A stretch of DNA of 64,000 bases from an uncultured candidate division Zixibacteria bacterium (GTDB lineage Bacteria; Zixibacteria; MSB-5A5; UBA10806; 4484-95), in contig CAXXKA010000004.1 of assembly GCA_963668625.2 (NCBI GenBank), forward strand, positions 233,676 through 297,675, read 5' to 3'. Numbering within the stretch: the stretch's first letter is position 1; the number at the start of each line of letters is the position of its first letter. This document shows, one piece after another, positions 43,101-53,370 of this stretch. Below the pieces are notes generated by a model. It did no database searches, was not told where the DNA came from, and saw nothing but the letters and a program-made list of their open reading frames with translations. The translations under genes were made by a program, and so were the position numbers.

Positions 43101-43691
43101 GATAATACCATCCTTGCAAAACAATCCACCTGCTGCAAAAGCGATATTACCGTTAAAATTGCAGCCTCTGACAGTTATATCAGAGTTTTGGCTGTAAATT
43201 CCTCCGCCAGATTCTATAAATCCACAGTTATTTTCCTCTAAAATACAATTAATTAGAGTTAGATCGGTAGAATCTATATATACCGCCTGATTATTCACTT
43301 TTCGGATTCTCGCTTTATATAAAATAGATGAGCTATCCGAATGATCAAAGAGCAGCCCGCTCCAGGTAGTTTCTTGTGACGGTGACTCGAACGATACTTC
43401 GTTTGTCGCTGTATCACCTGATGAACTTACATTAACTATTAATGTCGCATTCCGATTGATAGTAAACCGATAGTCACCGTGAAATATAACTCTAATGGTA
43501 TCGGAATCGGCATAGATTCTCAAAGTACTATCTTCAGGAATATTAATATTACCGGTTATATTATATTCGGAATATCGAGAATCCCACATGCCGTACACAT
43601 CACCGACAATGGTAGTATCAGCCGCCATCGCATTGATATTAAATATCAATACGAATACAAATATAATCCTATAAAACATGCGCATAAACAC
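40116..43691 (-). CDS. Large secreted protein: three beta-helix modules plus C-terminal dockerin-like domain
   Basis: Signal peptide; repeated F..N.A..GGAI motifs; three SPCI..G.P...D.D..R/ADIGA-type caps; C-terminal GDINM...ADVNGDCAVIGSDVTYLVNYFR. Confidence 0.85.
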   Translation of the reverse strand: MFMRMFYRIIFVFVLIFNINAMAADTTIVGDVYGMWDSRYSEYNITGNINIPEDSTLRIYADSDTIRVIFHGDYRFTINRNATLIVNVSSSGDTATNEVSFESPSQETTWSGLLFDHSDSSSILYKARIRKVNNQAVYIDSTDLTLINCILEENNCGFIESGGGIYSQNSDITVRGCNFNGNIAFAAGGLFCKDGIINITGNYFYNNQAIGTNGGGALLQHVQEGIFKNNVFDFNVANEKGGGLDLSDTTTIAIENCTFFQNSARFGGAISTRTEALPTINSCILWDDMASLSNPEIYVEPGNDNPIVKYSDVNENLGYLDYSCINEYPIFNDTARVHVIDLSLSWSGIQDDVEGKSPCINTGDPLLPKDADSSYADMGAYPYHHIFNLVGRIQLDTLQELYSPYYVMSPCSVSSGDGLYIEPGVEVLFKHCYDAGVISLYDIVVCSGSYINAPGTAESIITFGRNDPGIGYKGINFVNSDPSYFTFTRFLGADSSAAITLTNSTGVLDTCYFEKNNYGAVASYNGSLICSSSVFVDNEAVRGAAVNAIGGSLDLFSNTFKADSASAEGGAISLSAITDLNLKRNVFWLNHSNSYGGAIYCDSLAPIERTLFTNNTFYRNKSENSGGAIYANAVSDFDIQNCIFWENLAIDYQSRHLYFAGNNVTYDYCDLSQGSLNDIQDADSCISDDPLFVDRDNGDFNLGLGSPCIERGNPDTTIFKDPDTTRTDIGARHFPQGMQRIFGDITGKTELFPPDTFKVTGDIIVSDGDTLIIEQGVTLNFMGMYDIIVENTGLLLSEGKWVIMDDDTTFSRVRYTSFDTSRGWGSICFNNAESSLVHLSLIEYSNDTPIRLDNAGDGVVISYNIFENNYGENTPGAVLADGSSPQVIFNLFTNNLSESNGGAVSIENGSDARIERNIFWLNEAFNYGGGVYIEGCTDSMALLSNTFYANQANTGGGVYLNNCSPLLLNSIIWNNDANYSSQIHVDSSMVAPFVDYCDIQNGYTSGGANNISDDPMFIEPSAGDFSLMWVGFPYTDSLKSPCIDMGHPNDTLYIDADGTRIDIGAVSFYNAFIHTNYFPGDINMWVGDWPPLVIGADVSYLVNYFRNKAEPCFLDSFFGPADVNGDCAVIGSDVTYLVNYFRNLNDLTYCPFHPTNWPESSDLPGEMPFNWPNCQEIEEISNSRQTEYKNR

Positions 43692-43861
43692 CTCCGGTTA
43701 AAGGAAACGGTTACGTTTAAAATATTTTTTTATATCACTAGCGTCCGGTGTTTTTCGGTAAAATTTAAATTTCTCCTTGGGATTGTTAGTGAAAGATTTT
43801 TTCCGATATAATTACATATTCATCATATCATACATCCTGACATGTCCTACCGATGTTAAGC

Positions 43862-43970
43862 TTAGTTCCCTGGTTTCCAAGCGCTGCCTGGAAACCTTCT
43901 TGAGTTACGTAGAATGCGCATTCTGCAGGCAAACAAGCCACGTTGCGAAGCAGCACTTCGCAACGAGATG
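43862..43970 (+). repeat. Copy of the second intergenic repeat family
   Basis: GTTCCCTGGTTTCCAAGCGCTGCCTGGAAACCTTCT...GCATTCTGCAGGCAAACAAGCCACGTTGCGAAGCAGCACTTCGCAACG aligns with 28972..29065. Confidence 0.8.
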
Positions 43971-44028
43971 GAAAAGCCGGACAGTAGTGTTTCCATATAG
44001 TCTTTTATCTCGAGTACGAGATTTACGA

Positions 44029-47000
44029 CTATTTATACCTGACAGCTTCAGGCATTTCCCGCCCGTTTAAACTGTCGGGAATCGGTACACATATCGGCCA
44101 GTCAACAGGTTGCGAATCAGGCAGCGGCGGCCAGGCCGGCATGAAATCAGGACAGGGCACGAGAGTTGCCATACCCCTGAAATAGTTCACCAGTACGCTG
44201 ACATCAGCGCCAATCACCTTACAATCACCGTTGACATCCGCCGGGGCGTAAGCCGTATCGATAAGGCAAGGTTTGGATGATCCTCTCAGGTAATTTACCA
44301 TATAAGTTACATCCGAACCCTGTACGGCCGGGGGCCAATGTCCGGCATACATATTGGCATCACCGCAAACATAATCGAAAGTTACGCTTGGATTGTTAAA
44401 CCATTCTATATAATCCACTTGCCAGACATCGAATCTGCTTTTCTGTTGCTTCTCTTCGCCTTTATACCGCCAGGCAAAAAATATGGAATCCTCGTAAATC
44501 AAACTGTCTGCCAGATGTATCTCAACCGGTAGCCAGGTCGTCGGAGCTATAAAATGATTACTGGGAGTGTGCACTAGAATGGGTTCCAGGGTATCGGCTG
44601 CGCTTACCTCGAAATCACTCGAATGGAGAATATAAAACTCATGGGTAGCTCCTGATGTACCGCCCCAGTGAGTAGCTGTTTCCCTGAACCTAATAACCGG
44701 GTATCGGGCTTGCACGGTTGCCATAGGCCCGAATACGAGCCAATCATTATGTGGCCCCGGATAATTATACCCCGGCAAATAGGAACATTTATTATCTTCG
44801 GGATTATAACTCCAGCCATTGTAGGTATTCCAGTATGGTATGGTGCTATCCGTATTTTCCGATTTAAAACCAGTCGGCAGTGTAATCGAGGTATCTTTCG
44901 TATCATTCACGCTAAAGCCGAAAAATCCCTCTTCCCCGAATCCCTCTGGTTCTGGGAAACCGTTCTGCACGAAATCGGTCATGTAAATCGTTTGCGAGAC
45001 ACGATTATCATCTGGCTCGTCATAATCCGATAATATCCGGGCGCCTACGCGATAAGCACCGGGCGTACTAACATCCCAGTCGGCGTTGAAGTAGTAAACC
45101 TGACTACCTACCGAAAGAGAATGATAAATACTATCGGTGTATACGGTATCACCTGAGGCCTCGCTGATTATATAGATAAGCATCCTGGCAACGACACTGG
45201 CATCGCTTGTGATTGCCAGCGAAACGGGGAAACTGCGAGGTTGGTTTACCAGCCCTACCTCCGGCAGATTAATTATACCATTCAGACTCACTCGAGGTCT
45301 TACCGTTATATACGATCCGGCAAACATGGGCGCATGCATCGAGGAATTATCATCCCCGATATATATAGTTGGCCCCTGCTCCGCGTCCGGCGAGGAGGGC
45401 ATTAGCTGGTACCTGCCTACCGGCGCGTCATCCTTGATATGCAACCTTACATTATAAAGCTGCGTCGGAGTTGCAAAACTAACAGTCCCCGATGGCCCAA
45501 GTGTATCGGCAATATTGATTATATCTACGCTACGCCCGGCATTATCGGTAATCGTTCCTATCGCCTCGAATCCTAAACCGGTAACATCCTCGGCAATAAC
45601 CTGGTCGATCACGCCCGTTTGGATATCGAATGAGGTCTGTCCGCGAAAATAGCTGTCGTTTTCGATATAAAGTGGAATGTTTATCCATTCGCCTCTATGT
45701 CCCGAAAAATACTGGTCCAATTGCGTTTGAAGATTAATTTCATGCATCGGAGGATTATCCGCTATCGGGCAAGCGTTAACAGGCGCCGAACCAATGCCCG
45801 ATAAATATGCCACCAGGTAAACCAAATCGATCGTATCAACGGGACCATTACCGTTCATATCCGCAGCCGGCATACATGGAGCCGGGCCGGTTCCCATCAA
45901 GTAATCCTGAAGATACCACAGGTCGGCCCAGTTGCACCAACCATCATAGTTGACATCCCCGTATGAATTCGTTCCCGTGATATCATCAGGCAACACCTCC
46001 AGGTTGAGATGAACGATCAGGGCAGGATCATTAACGGCATTGCTATTAATGACTATATCATCGTTTAAAACAGCGCCGGCGTAACCTGTCGTATTTATCT
46101 CGAAAACCAGATCGAAAGGTTCTACCGTACCCACCGAGCCGCTGTTTATAATCGGGCTCAACCACGGTTGAGAATTTGACGTACCTGAAATATCCAGAGG
46201 CAGATCGCCGGTATTATTTATCCTGATATTTATCTCGCCTTCGACATCAGGTTGCACTTGAAAATCGTACGTATCAGTTTCCGTGGTAATTATCGCGCCT
46301 ATCGATGGCCTATTCAACACCTGAACGATACATGCCACGGTATTCAAAGAGTCCGAACCGCTATGCCAGATTTCTATCTCACCCTTATAAAGTTCCGCCG
46401 GGTAGGATGACATATCGAAAGTCACCTGAATGCTCGTGCTGTCGTTTGCCGGAATCTCTACGCCTGTCCAATTATTAATATCAATCCAACTTTCCGAGGC
46501 TTTTATACTATCTATTCTCACCGAAAAATCGGTATCATAATTGATAAGTTGCATTCTCTGCCAGACCGTAGAATTCAAATTAGCTGATAGTGAGAATGAG
46601 CGCGGCCTGTTGTATACCCAGCCTGATTCTACGAAAATCGGGGTCATCACCATCTCAACCGGCGTTATGCTTCCGGCCTCTACCTCCACCCCTGTGAGAC
46701 TGGTATCGTAATACCCGGGATGCGAGAAATGAATATCGTAAACACCGGGAAATAAATTCTGGAACTGAAATTCGCCGTCATTATTAGATGTTGTATCTGC
46801 AATTGACGGTCCGGCCGTATTTATGATCACATCCGCTATACCGACTCCGCCCGGAGTAGTAACGATACCACTAATACTTCCATTAGAAGATCCGAAATTG
46901 ACAGCGCTTATCGATACTGCTATTGGATAGGTAGCCGTACCACTAGTATCGCTCACCTCCAAAGGAGTTTGAAAAGGATGTCCTCCAATGCTCAAGCATT

Positions 47001-47850
47001 CCGCTATCTGCCCGTAGGCAGCCGGGTCATTGGTTGTCAATATTGCAAATGTCGCTATAGCTTCAGGTACAAGTGTATGAAGCCAGGGAGATTCACCACT
47101 ATCCAGGTTAGCCGCTCCGAATAAACTGCATGATATCCATCCCGGCTGGTTCGGAGGGGAATCGAATCGATTGGAAAAGGCGGCAACGTCCCACTCGGTC
47201 AGCGGATAATAAAAACTGCTTAATGAATGTGTGTAGAAATCTTCTAAGTATTGATTATCTGCCCCAAGCGTAAAATTCAAAGAGCTGCCATAAGCATCGA
47301 TGTCGGTTTCGACATATATGTTCACGCCTATTATGCTGTTCAAATCAGCGCTTATTGGCGAGGAATCGATATTGCCAATCCAGAATAAAATATCAGGGTC
47401 AGGAGCGTTAACGAACGGCTCGGTGTAAGTATTAGGTTTACTCAGGCAATTAGGCCAACCAGCCGGCGGGGATGATGGAACATCCTCGCTAGATACCCAG
47501 GTTGGATTATATTGAGAACAAAACATAAGCGAATTGAGCCCTTTAAAATGCTCCACCAAATAAGTTATATCCGCCGAATTAACTGCGCAGTCTCCGTTGA
47601 CATCTGCCGGGGCGAAAAACAATGTATCGAATGGTTCAGGAGCGCCTGATTCTAAAAAGTAACAACCGGATGTATTAAAACGAAAATAATTGGCCAGGTA
47701 TGGCAAATCAGCAACAGTTACCGAGGGCGGCCATGCCCCCATCAACATGTTCACATCACCGGGTAGATAATCATGTGTTTGAGCGAACAAAGGTGATACC
47801 AGTAGCAAAGTCATTACTACAAACATTGACGAGTAAATAACTTTTCGCAT
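44029..47850 (-). CDS. Large secreted multidomain protein with three dockerin-like domains, carboxypeptidase-regulatory and Ig-like domains
   Basis: GDVN/ADVNGD pairs at the N-terminus, the middle (YGDVNYDG..ADMNGNG) and the C-terminal end; GSISGIVT...GEFQF..L.PG.Y domain. Confidence 0.82.
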   Translation of the reverse strand: MRKVIYSSMFVVMTLLLVSPLFAQTHDYLPGDVNMLMGAWPPSVTVADLPYLANYFRFNTSGCYFLESGAPEPFDTLFFAPADVNGDCAVNSADITYLVEHFKGLNSLMFCSQYNPTWVSSEDVPSSPPAGWPNCLSKPNTYTEPFVNAPDPDILFWIGNIDSSPISADLNSIIGVNIYVETDIDAYGSSLNFTLGADNQYLEDFYTHSLSSFYYPLTEWDVAAFSNRFDSPPNQPGWISCSLFGAANLDSGESPWLHTLVPEAIATFAILTTNDPAAYGQIAECLSIGGHPFQTPLEVSDTSGTATYPIAVSISAVNFGSSNGSISGIVTTPGGVGIADVIINTAGPSIADTTSNNDGEFQFQNLFPGVYDIHFSHPGYYDTSLTGVEVEAGSITPVEMVMTPIFVESGWVYNRPRSFSLSANLNSTVWQRMQLINYDTDFSVRIDSIKASESWIDINNWTGVEIPANDSTSIQVTFDMSSYPAELYKGEIEIWHSGSDSLNTVACIVQVLNRPSIGAIITTETDTYDFQVQPDVEGEINIRINNTGDLPLDISGTSNSQPWLSPIINSGSVGTVEPFDLVFEINTTGYAGAVLNDDIVINSNAVNDPALIVHLNLEVLPDDITGTNSYGDVNYDGWCNWADLWYLQDYLMGTGPAPCMPAADMNGNGPVDTIDLVYLVAYLSGIGSAPVNACPIADNPPMHEINLQTQLDQYFSGHRGEWINIPLYIENDSYFRGQTSFDIQTGVIDQVIAEDVTGLGFEAIGTITDNAGRSVDIINIADTLGPSGTVSFATPTQLYNVRLHIKDDAPVGRYQLMPSSPDAEQGPTIYIGDDNSSMHAPMFAGSYITVRPRVSLNGIINLPEVGLVNQPRSFPVSLAITSDASVVARMLIYIISEASGDTVYTDSIYHSLSVGSQVYYFNADWDVSTPGAYRVGARILSDYDEPDDNRVSQTIYMTDFVQNGFPEPEGFGEEGFFGFSVNDTKDTSITLPTGFKSENTDSTIPYWNTYNGWSYNPEDNKCSYLPGYNYPGPHNDWLVFGPMATVQARYPVIRFRETATHWGGTSGATHEFYILHSSDFEVSAADTLEPILVHTPSNHFIAPTTWLPVEIHLADSLIYEDSIFFAWRYKGEEKQQKSRFDVWQVDYIEWFNNPSVTFDYVCGDANMYAGHWPPAVQGSDVTYMVNYLRGSSKPCLIDTAYAPADVNGDCKVIGADVSVLVNYFRGMATLVPCPDFMPAWPPLPDSQPVDWPICVPIPDSLNGREMPEAVRYK

Positions 47851-48206
47851 TACTTTCTCCCTTCAGGATTATAGGTACTATAATTTCACCCTGTTGCGAT
47901 TAGCATTATGATTAGCAATTACTGTGGCTTATGAAAGCCTGGATGTATGAAATGCCTATGAGTTTTAAGGTAATTAAATTTAGCCAATCAGAGTAATGTG
48001 TGTCAAGTATTTTTTGGTGTTTTATACCTTTAAGACCTGATTATCAGAAATACCACAGTTGTCAATTAGATGAATAGCAGTTTTAATGACACATTCTCAT
48101 TAAAAAAACTCGATGCCATTTAGTGCCTTTAATACACTAATTACATTCATTCAGAACCTGCCTTTCTAAATTGCCGGAAAGGCAAGCTGTTGTTGATAAT
48201 TTGAAA

Positions 48207-48692
48207 TCAAATATATTGCCGCAACGCCATCCAGTACGACTCGTCCCAAAACTTTCTGGCTGCTCCCGAGGTTGATGGCAAAACGAATATTACCGATGCC
48301 CCGATCTTTTCCTCTTTTATACCATATGAAATATCATGTTGAAGGAAAGTTTTTGCGGATTTCTTACCGTTAAAGGCTATCATCGATGGCGAGTGTTTCA
48401 GCATCTTCTCCCTGAAAGAGTCAATATCAAAGGCTGAGTGAGCTAACGTCGAATCGGCGCCATAGCTGCTTTTTGCCAAATCAGTTAATCCGATACCATA
48501 CTTTAAAACATCCCTGAAATTCTCAGGAGGTAGTTTTCTGTCTGTTAATCCGATTTTAAACAAAGTCGCCCAGAATCTATTTCCCGGCCCGGCGTAATAA
48601 GCGCCTCTCATAGCTGAAACATCTCCAGCCGCCGTTCCACAAAAAACGATTCGCAAATTATAATCCAGTACATCGGGTAAAATGTGATTCAT
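48207..48692 (-). CDS. mug: Mismatch-specific (G:T/U) DNA glycosylase, MUG/TDG family
   Basis: LPDVL..LRIVFCGT, YYAGPGNRFW, GIGLTDL, AFNGKK and VLPSTSGAA. Confidence 0.88.
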   Translation of the reverse strand: MNHILPDVLDYNLRIVFCGTAAGDVSAMRGAYYAGPGNRFWATLFKIGLTDRKLPPENFRDVLKYGIGLTDLAKSSYGADSTLAHSAFDIDSFREKMLKHSPSMIAFNGKKSAKTFLQHDISYGIKEEKIGASVIFVLPSTSGAARKFWDESYWMALRQYI

Positions 48693-48891
48693 GGTAAATA
48701 TCCTTTTAGATTAATATTCAAATAAGTAATAGACATGGTAATCACCCCATCTTTAACATTTAATGAGAATATACAATATGGATATCTGAAGAACAAACAC
48801 CTCTTCCAGTAAACGACTATACGCGGAGGAGCTTGATAATAATAATTGTTCTTAAGTGCCATCGCTATAACTCGTTATACCGCAAACAAAA

Positions 48892-48964
48892 AGCCGAGGA
48901 TCAGAGTCGAACTGACGACCTGCTGATTACGAATCAGCTGCTCTACCAACTGAGCTACCTCGGC
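48892..48964 (-). tRNA. tRNA-Thr(CGT)
   Basis: GCCGAGGTAGCTCAGTTGGTAGAGCAGCTGATTCGTAATCAGCAGGTCGTCAGTTCGACTCTGATCCTCGGCT. Confidence 0.96.
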
Positions 48965-49262
48965 ATAAGAACTGAAATATCATTCCACCCGCAAATAGAC
49001 CATGAATGGTATCAGACGGGCAACACTAATAATATCTAAACTAACAATTTAAGCAAGCGAAATTTTCTAATCTCAACTGCCCCAATAGTGCAATTTCGCC
49101 TTTTCTATATTTTCACCTAAGATATTGTACATTTCCCCAATAACCGGATGCGAAACTGGACTATCCGGTAGTTACAAATAACACCTTTTTCTCGTATTAA
49201 TAGCCTATTCCTTTCATACCTCTTTATTTAAAGACGATAGATCATTTAGGTTGAGTGTACGA

Positions 49263-50573
49263 ATGAATAAAAAAGAATTACTTGAAAAAATTTACTCTTC
49301 GGATGACCTATTGTCGATGCCGGAGGTCATAAGCGAGATTTTGCGGGCAACCCAGCAGGAAAACCTCTCAACTAAAACCCTGTCGAATATTATATATAGA
49401 GATCCGGCAATAACCGCCAAAGTGCTAAAATTGGCCAATTCCCCCCTCTATAAAAGACCAGCGCCAATTCGAAGTGTCAATGATGCTATAACTGTATTGG
49501 GACTAACCACGGTCAAATGCCTGGCGCTTTCGCTTTCTATATTCAACCATGAACAAATAACCGCTAAATCGGGCGTGCGATCTCAGGATTTTTTCGCGTA
49601 TATTCTGCTCGTTACCTCGGCTACCGAGCTAATCGCCCAAACTATATCTTACCCCAACCGCGAGGAAGCTCTTATTACCGGGCTTATGCATGATATCGGT
49701 ATACTCTTTCTTCTAAGATGTTGCCCTGAGCAATATAGAGATGTAATTAAAGCAATGGATGATGGTGAGAATATTTTTGATGCCGAGATTCGTATTTTCG
49801 GAATGAACCATACCGAAATCGGATTCCATATAACCCAGCTCTGGAATATTCCTGATAATATCGTCCAGGCGGTAAGGAATCATCATACACCTCCCGGTAG
49901 TGAATCCGACAATAATCTCAGCTCCATAGTGCAACTTGCCGTTCTACTGACTTTTAATCGTTTCTCGGGGACCGAGAATAAAATAGATGATCGTCTGAAT
50001 AAAATCACTGTTCTGATGAAAGTACTCGGACTGAGTCGCCAGCAGGTAACAGATATCGCAAATAAAATAGTAATCCTGATGGCCGATATAGCCCAGGGCT
50101 TGAATATCCAGATTGAAAATATCGAAAACCTGCTCTCACAGGCTAATCAGGAAATATGGAAATCCTACCTTATGGTGGATGAGCTTTTCAAAGAACGCGA
50201 AATTCTAAACGCTAAAGTCTTATCTCAGGAAAGATTCAAAGCCGCCGCCGAAACTCGAGATAAATCAATTGCCACTCTCTCCCACTATCTGAATAACTCC
50301 GTTATGGCTATCTCGGGTCAAATACAATTGCTATACATGCTGCATCAAAAGCAATCCAGCGAGGTTGACCTGAAACTACCTAGAAGCCTGCAGATAATAA
50401 ATAACTCCATTAATAAAATTCTGGCGGTAATGGAGGAGATGAAAGATATCTCCCCCCTCGATCACGAACAGTATTTCAGCAAATCACACGCGATGAATAT
50501 CGACTCCAGGATTGAGCAGAGATTGAGACGGATTAACAAGGAACAGTTCTCCATTGTCTTAGATAAAGAGTAA
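49263..50573 (+). CDS. HDOD domain protein with C-terminal HisKA-like segment
   Basis: DPAITAKVLKLANSPLY, GLMHDIGIL, HTEIG...WNIP...VRNHH; C-terminal ATLSHYLNN. Confidence 0.88.
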   Translation: MNKKELLEKIYSSDDLLSMPEVISEILRATQQENLSTKTLSNIIYRDPAITAKVLKLANSPLYKRPAPIRSVNDAITVLGLTTVKCLALSLSIFNHEQITAKSGVRSQDFFAYILLVTSATELIAQTISYPNREEALITGLMHDIGILFLLRCCPEQYRDVIKAMDDGENIFDAEIRIFGMNHTEIGFHITQLWNIPDNIVQAVRNHHTPPGSESDNNLSSIVQLAVLLTFNRFSGTENKIDDRLNKITVLMKVLGLSRQQVTDIANKIVILMADIAQGLNIQIENIENLLSQANQEIWKSYLMVDELFKEREILNAKVLSQERFKAAAETRDKSIATLSHYLNNSVMAISGQIQLLYMLHQKQSSEVDLKLPRSLQIINNSINKILAVMEEMKDISPLDHEQYFSKSHAMNIDSRIEQRLRRINKEQFSIVLDKE

Positions 50574-50582
50574 TAAAACTAT

Positions 50583-51023
50583 CTATACTTCAACCTCCTG
50601 TAACCGGTTTTGATTGTAAAACTTATCGAAATCGATTTTGTCCAGTTTCATACCGGTTAACTTATTGATTATCACCTCGTGTAAATCCGTCCAAAATTCA
50701 TACGCAGCGCCTTTATACAACTCCAGGGTCTTTTCATTTCTAAGCTCTTTATCGAGCTTGCCCTGCATTGCCTCCAGAATATCTAAGAACGATACCTCTG
50801 ATAATCCCCTTTTGATTCTATAACCACCCTGGATGCCCCGATAGCTGGATAAAAATCCCTGATCGGAAAGATCTTTTAATATTTTGGCCATATACTCCCT
50901 GGGGATTTTTTCCGATTCCGATATCTCCGATATCGTGCATAATTTGTCCCCCTTGATAGAGGCAATATACAACATTGCCTTGATCGCATACATCGTCTTA
51001 CGAGTAATATGCATATCAGCCAC
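50583..51023 (-). CDS. Rrf2 family transcriptional regulator lacking the Fe-S cysteine ligands
   Basis: YAIKAMLYIA, IPREYMAKILKDL, SYRGIQGGY; no Cys in the C-terminal half. Confidence 0.88.
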   Translation of the reverse strand: MADMHITRKTMYAIKAMLYIASIKGDKLCTISEISESEKIPREYMAKILKDLSDQGFLSSYRGIQGGYRIKRGLSEVSFLDILEAMQGKLDKELRNEKTLELYKGAAYEFWTDLHEVIINKLTGMKLDKIDFDKFYNQNRLQEVEV

Positions 51024-51276
51024 CTTTCACCATACTTACATACGTTTACGGAACCCTAACTCTGTGACAAAATGCTCTACGTTGCTACGTTAAAACAGAA
51101 AGATCGGAAAGTCAAGCTTTTTTACAATTAAACAGTCTATTTTTATATGTAACTCATTCTGACCTATATACTTATATGTAAATAGACTAAAACTAACAAT
51201 ATAATCTATATATTTATATCCTATTGTCTTATTAATACTTAAAGGAAGCTAACGGTTGGCTAAAGTAACATCTATA

Positions 51277-51801
51277 CTATTTACCGTCGTTTTCCAATTT
51301 AAACCGCTGCTTTTTGACTATTTTACTTATTTGCAAAACAAAATAGATCGTGATTGGTAGCCAAATTGCAGTAATGGCAATCATCACCCAGATATTCGAA
51401 TTGTTTAATCTAGTTGAATGAGCGGTCTCGTTAATCATACATTGGATATAGATGAACATCAAACTGAGTAACACACCTATGGTAAGCACAGCCTGTTTCA
51501 GATATTCATATACGGGTTGACTGTATTCTCTCGGCCACTCTCTTACCTCCATCTTCTGGGGGAAATTATAGTATTCGGGGTAACGAAGTAAGATAAGTAT
51601 TAGCGTGATTATTAATGTTGATACCGATGGCAGAAGGAAAAATTCGAATGGATTTTTATCGGTCCATCGATCGGGTTCCCCTTTCAAATCGAAATGTGCC
51701 GGAAAACGTTCCGGTAAGCCGTCATAAATCCAGAACGCTAACAACCACGCGACAATAACCAGAGCCAGATTAAGCCAAATTAAGCCTTTGGTTCTACTCA
51801 T
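51277..51801 (-). CDS. DUF1648 (SdpI-like N-terminus) membrane protein
   Basis: YDGLPERFPAHFDLKGEPDRW; four TM segments. Confidence 0.8.
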   Translation of the reverse strand: MSRTKGLIWLNLALVIVAWLLAFWIYDGLPERFPAHFDLKGEPDRWTDKNPFEFFLLPSVSTLIITLILILLRYPEYYNFPQKMEVREWPREYSQPVYEYLKQAVLTIGVLLSLMFIYIQCMINETAHSTRLNNSNIWVMIAITAIWLPITIYFVLQISKIVKKQRFKLENDGK

Positions 51802-52020
51802 TGTATATCTCCCACGCAATGGTTTTATATCAATATAAATTCAGATAGAATAATTATCGACCGAGAATTTCAATTTATTAAAAAATAGCATAATTACCGG
51901 CCACAATGTTTCAATATCTGAACCCACATCAATACCTGGCGATACTCAAGAATATCCGCTTCTATTACTGATGATGCCAGTATTATATTTAAGTTTTCAA
52001 TTATTTATTCAACCAAAACG

Positions 52021-53370
52021 TTAAAAATCAGTTTTCCCCGAGAAATTAAAACGCTTGATATAAATCGATGGCGAACTGCAACATCCTATATCATCCCACC
52101 AGTTGGGAATTAATTGCGTTTCCCGTGAAACTCCGCCCACTCGCGAAAATGCTTTTGTGATAGATTCGGTGAATCGAAGGTTTTTCACGGCGCCGACTAT
52201 TTTGCCGTTTTTAATCAAGAAAGTACCATCGCGCGTCATCCCGGTCATAACGGTCTTTGTCGTATTCAGAAGTCCGTTAATATAATGAAAACGCGTAACC
52301 AGTATACCGTTTTTCACCATTGAGATCAACGATTCTTTTGACTTTTTGCCGGAGGATATAAAGATATTACCCGCCATCGGGCCTTCATCCCCACCCGGCG
52401 GCATAGCATGCCCGGTAGAGCGAACCCCTACCCGCGCGGCATATAACGAATCGTAAACGGGCTTACCAATCATACCTTTCTTGATTAGAAATACTTTCTT
52501 CTTAGGTACACCCTCAAAATCGAAAGGTATGGCTATCCCCGAGGTATTGTTACCGTCATCATATATTGAGATTTCAGGTGACATCGCTTTTTTACCCAGC
52601 TTTTTCGACATGAAACTGGTGTTTTCCATATACGGTTTTGCGCCAAAGCCTATATAAGTCATCCAATTCATAATCTCGGCAACAGCGGATGGCTCCAGGA
52701 TAACATCGTATTTACCAGGCGGCAACTCTGTTGGATTCTGGCTGTCGAGGCATTTCTGAATAGCAGTCTCGGCAAGCGAATCAAACGGTAATTTCACCAC
52801 CCGGCGCGAAAGCCCCGAGGCAAACCCCGAGGATGTATCCGACATCGCAATGATATTAATCGAGGCCGAGGTGACAGGTTGATATGCGGCGACTCCCAGC
52901 GTGTTGACAACCGCCAGTTCCGAGGTGGAAGTAGAATAGGCCCCGGCCACCGTAACTTTACTATTATCCGCTTGCTTACATATCTTTTTAATGACCTCGG
53001 CTCTTTGTTTGGGCGTATACCTGGCAGTAGGTTCGAAATAGGTCTCTATCTTTTTATACGGTGATGGTTTCGGGAATCCCTTGAAATCAGGATAAGCGGG
53101 CTGTAGTTTGGCGATCTCTATTGAATTCCTCATCGCGGCCAGCATATTGGCTTTCTTGAAAGAATTCGTGGATGTTATCCCGATCTTGCCATCAACGGCC
53201 GTTCTAAAAAAAATAGTCGTATTGCTCTCGGCTACATTCTGATGTATATACGAGTTCGCAAAGCGTGTCAGTCCGAAATCCTTGCCAACGAAGATCGCCT
53301 CGGTTTGTTCGGCCTCCGATCTCTGGATAACCGATCTGAGCTCGGAAAGTATCTTGCTCTCGCCTATCAT
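52021..53370 (-). CDS. TldE/PmbA family protein
   Basis: LTRFANSYIHQN, PGKYDVILEP, PFDFEGVP, TGMTRDG and KNLRFT; no HExxxH motif. Confidence 0.9.
   Translation of the reverse strand: MIGESKILSELRSVIQRSEAEQTEAIFVGKDFGLTRFANSYIHQNVAESNTTIFFRTAVDGKIGITSTNSFKKANMLAAMRNSIEIAKLQPAYPDFKGFPKPSPYKKIETYFEPTARYTPKQRAEVIKKICKQADNSKVTVAGAYSTSTSELAVVNTLGVAAYQPVTSASINIIAMSDTSSGFASGLSRRVVKLPFDSLAETAIQKCLDSQNPTELPPGKYDVILEPSAVAEIMNWMTYIGFGAKPYMENTSFMSKKLGKKAMSPEISIYDDGNNTSGIAIPFDFEGVPKKKVFLIKKGMIGKPVYDSLYAARVGVRSTGHAMPPGGDEGPMAGNIFISSGKKSKESLISMVKNGILVTRFHYINGLLNTTKTVMTGMTRDGTFLIKNGKIVGAVKNLRFTESITKAFSRVGGVSRETQLIPNWWDDIGCCSSPSIYIKRFNFSGKTDF

Noticed and set aside
39920-48964. Genomic island between tRNA-Ser and tRNA-Thr
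   Set aside because: No integrase and no duplicated tRNA 3' end were found; the cargo resembles the host's other secreted proteins.
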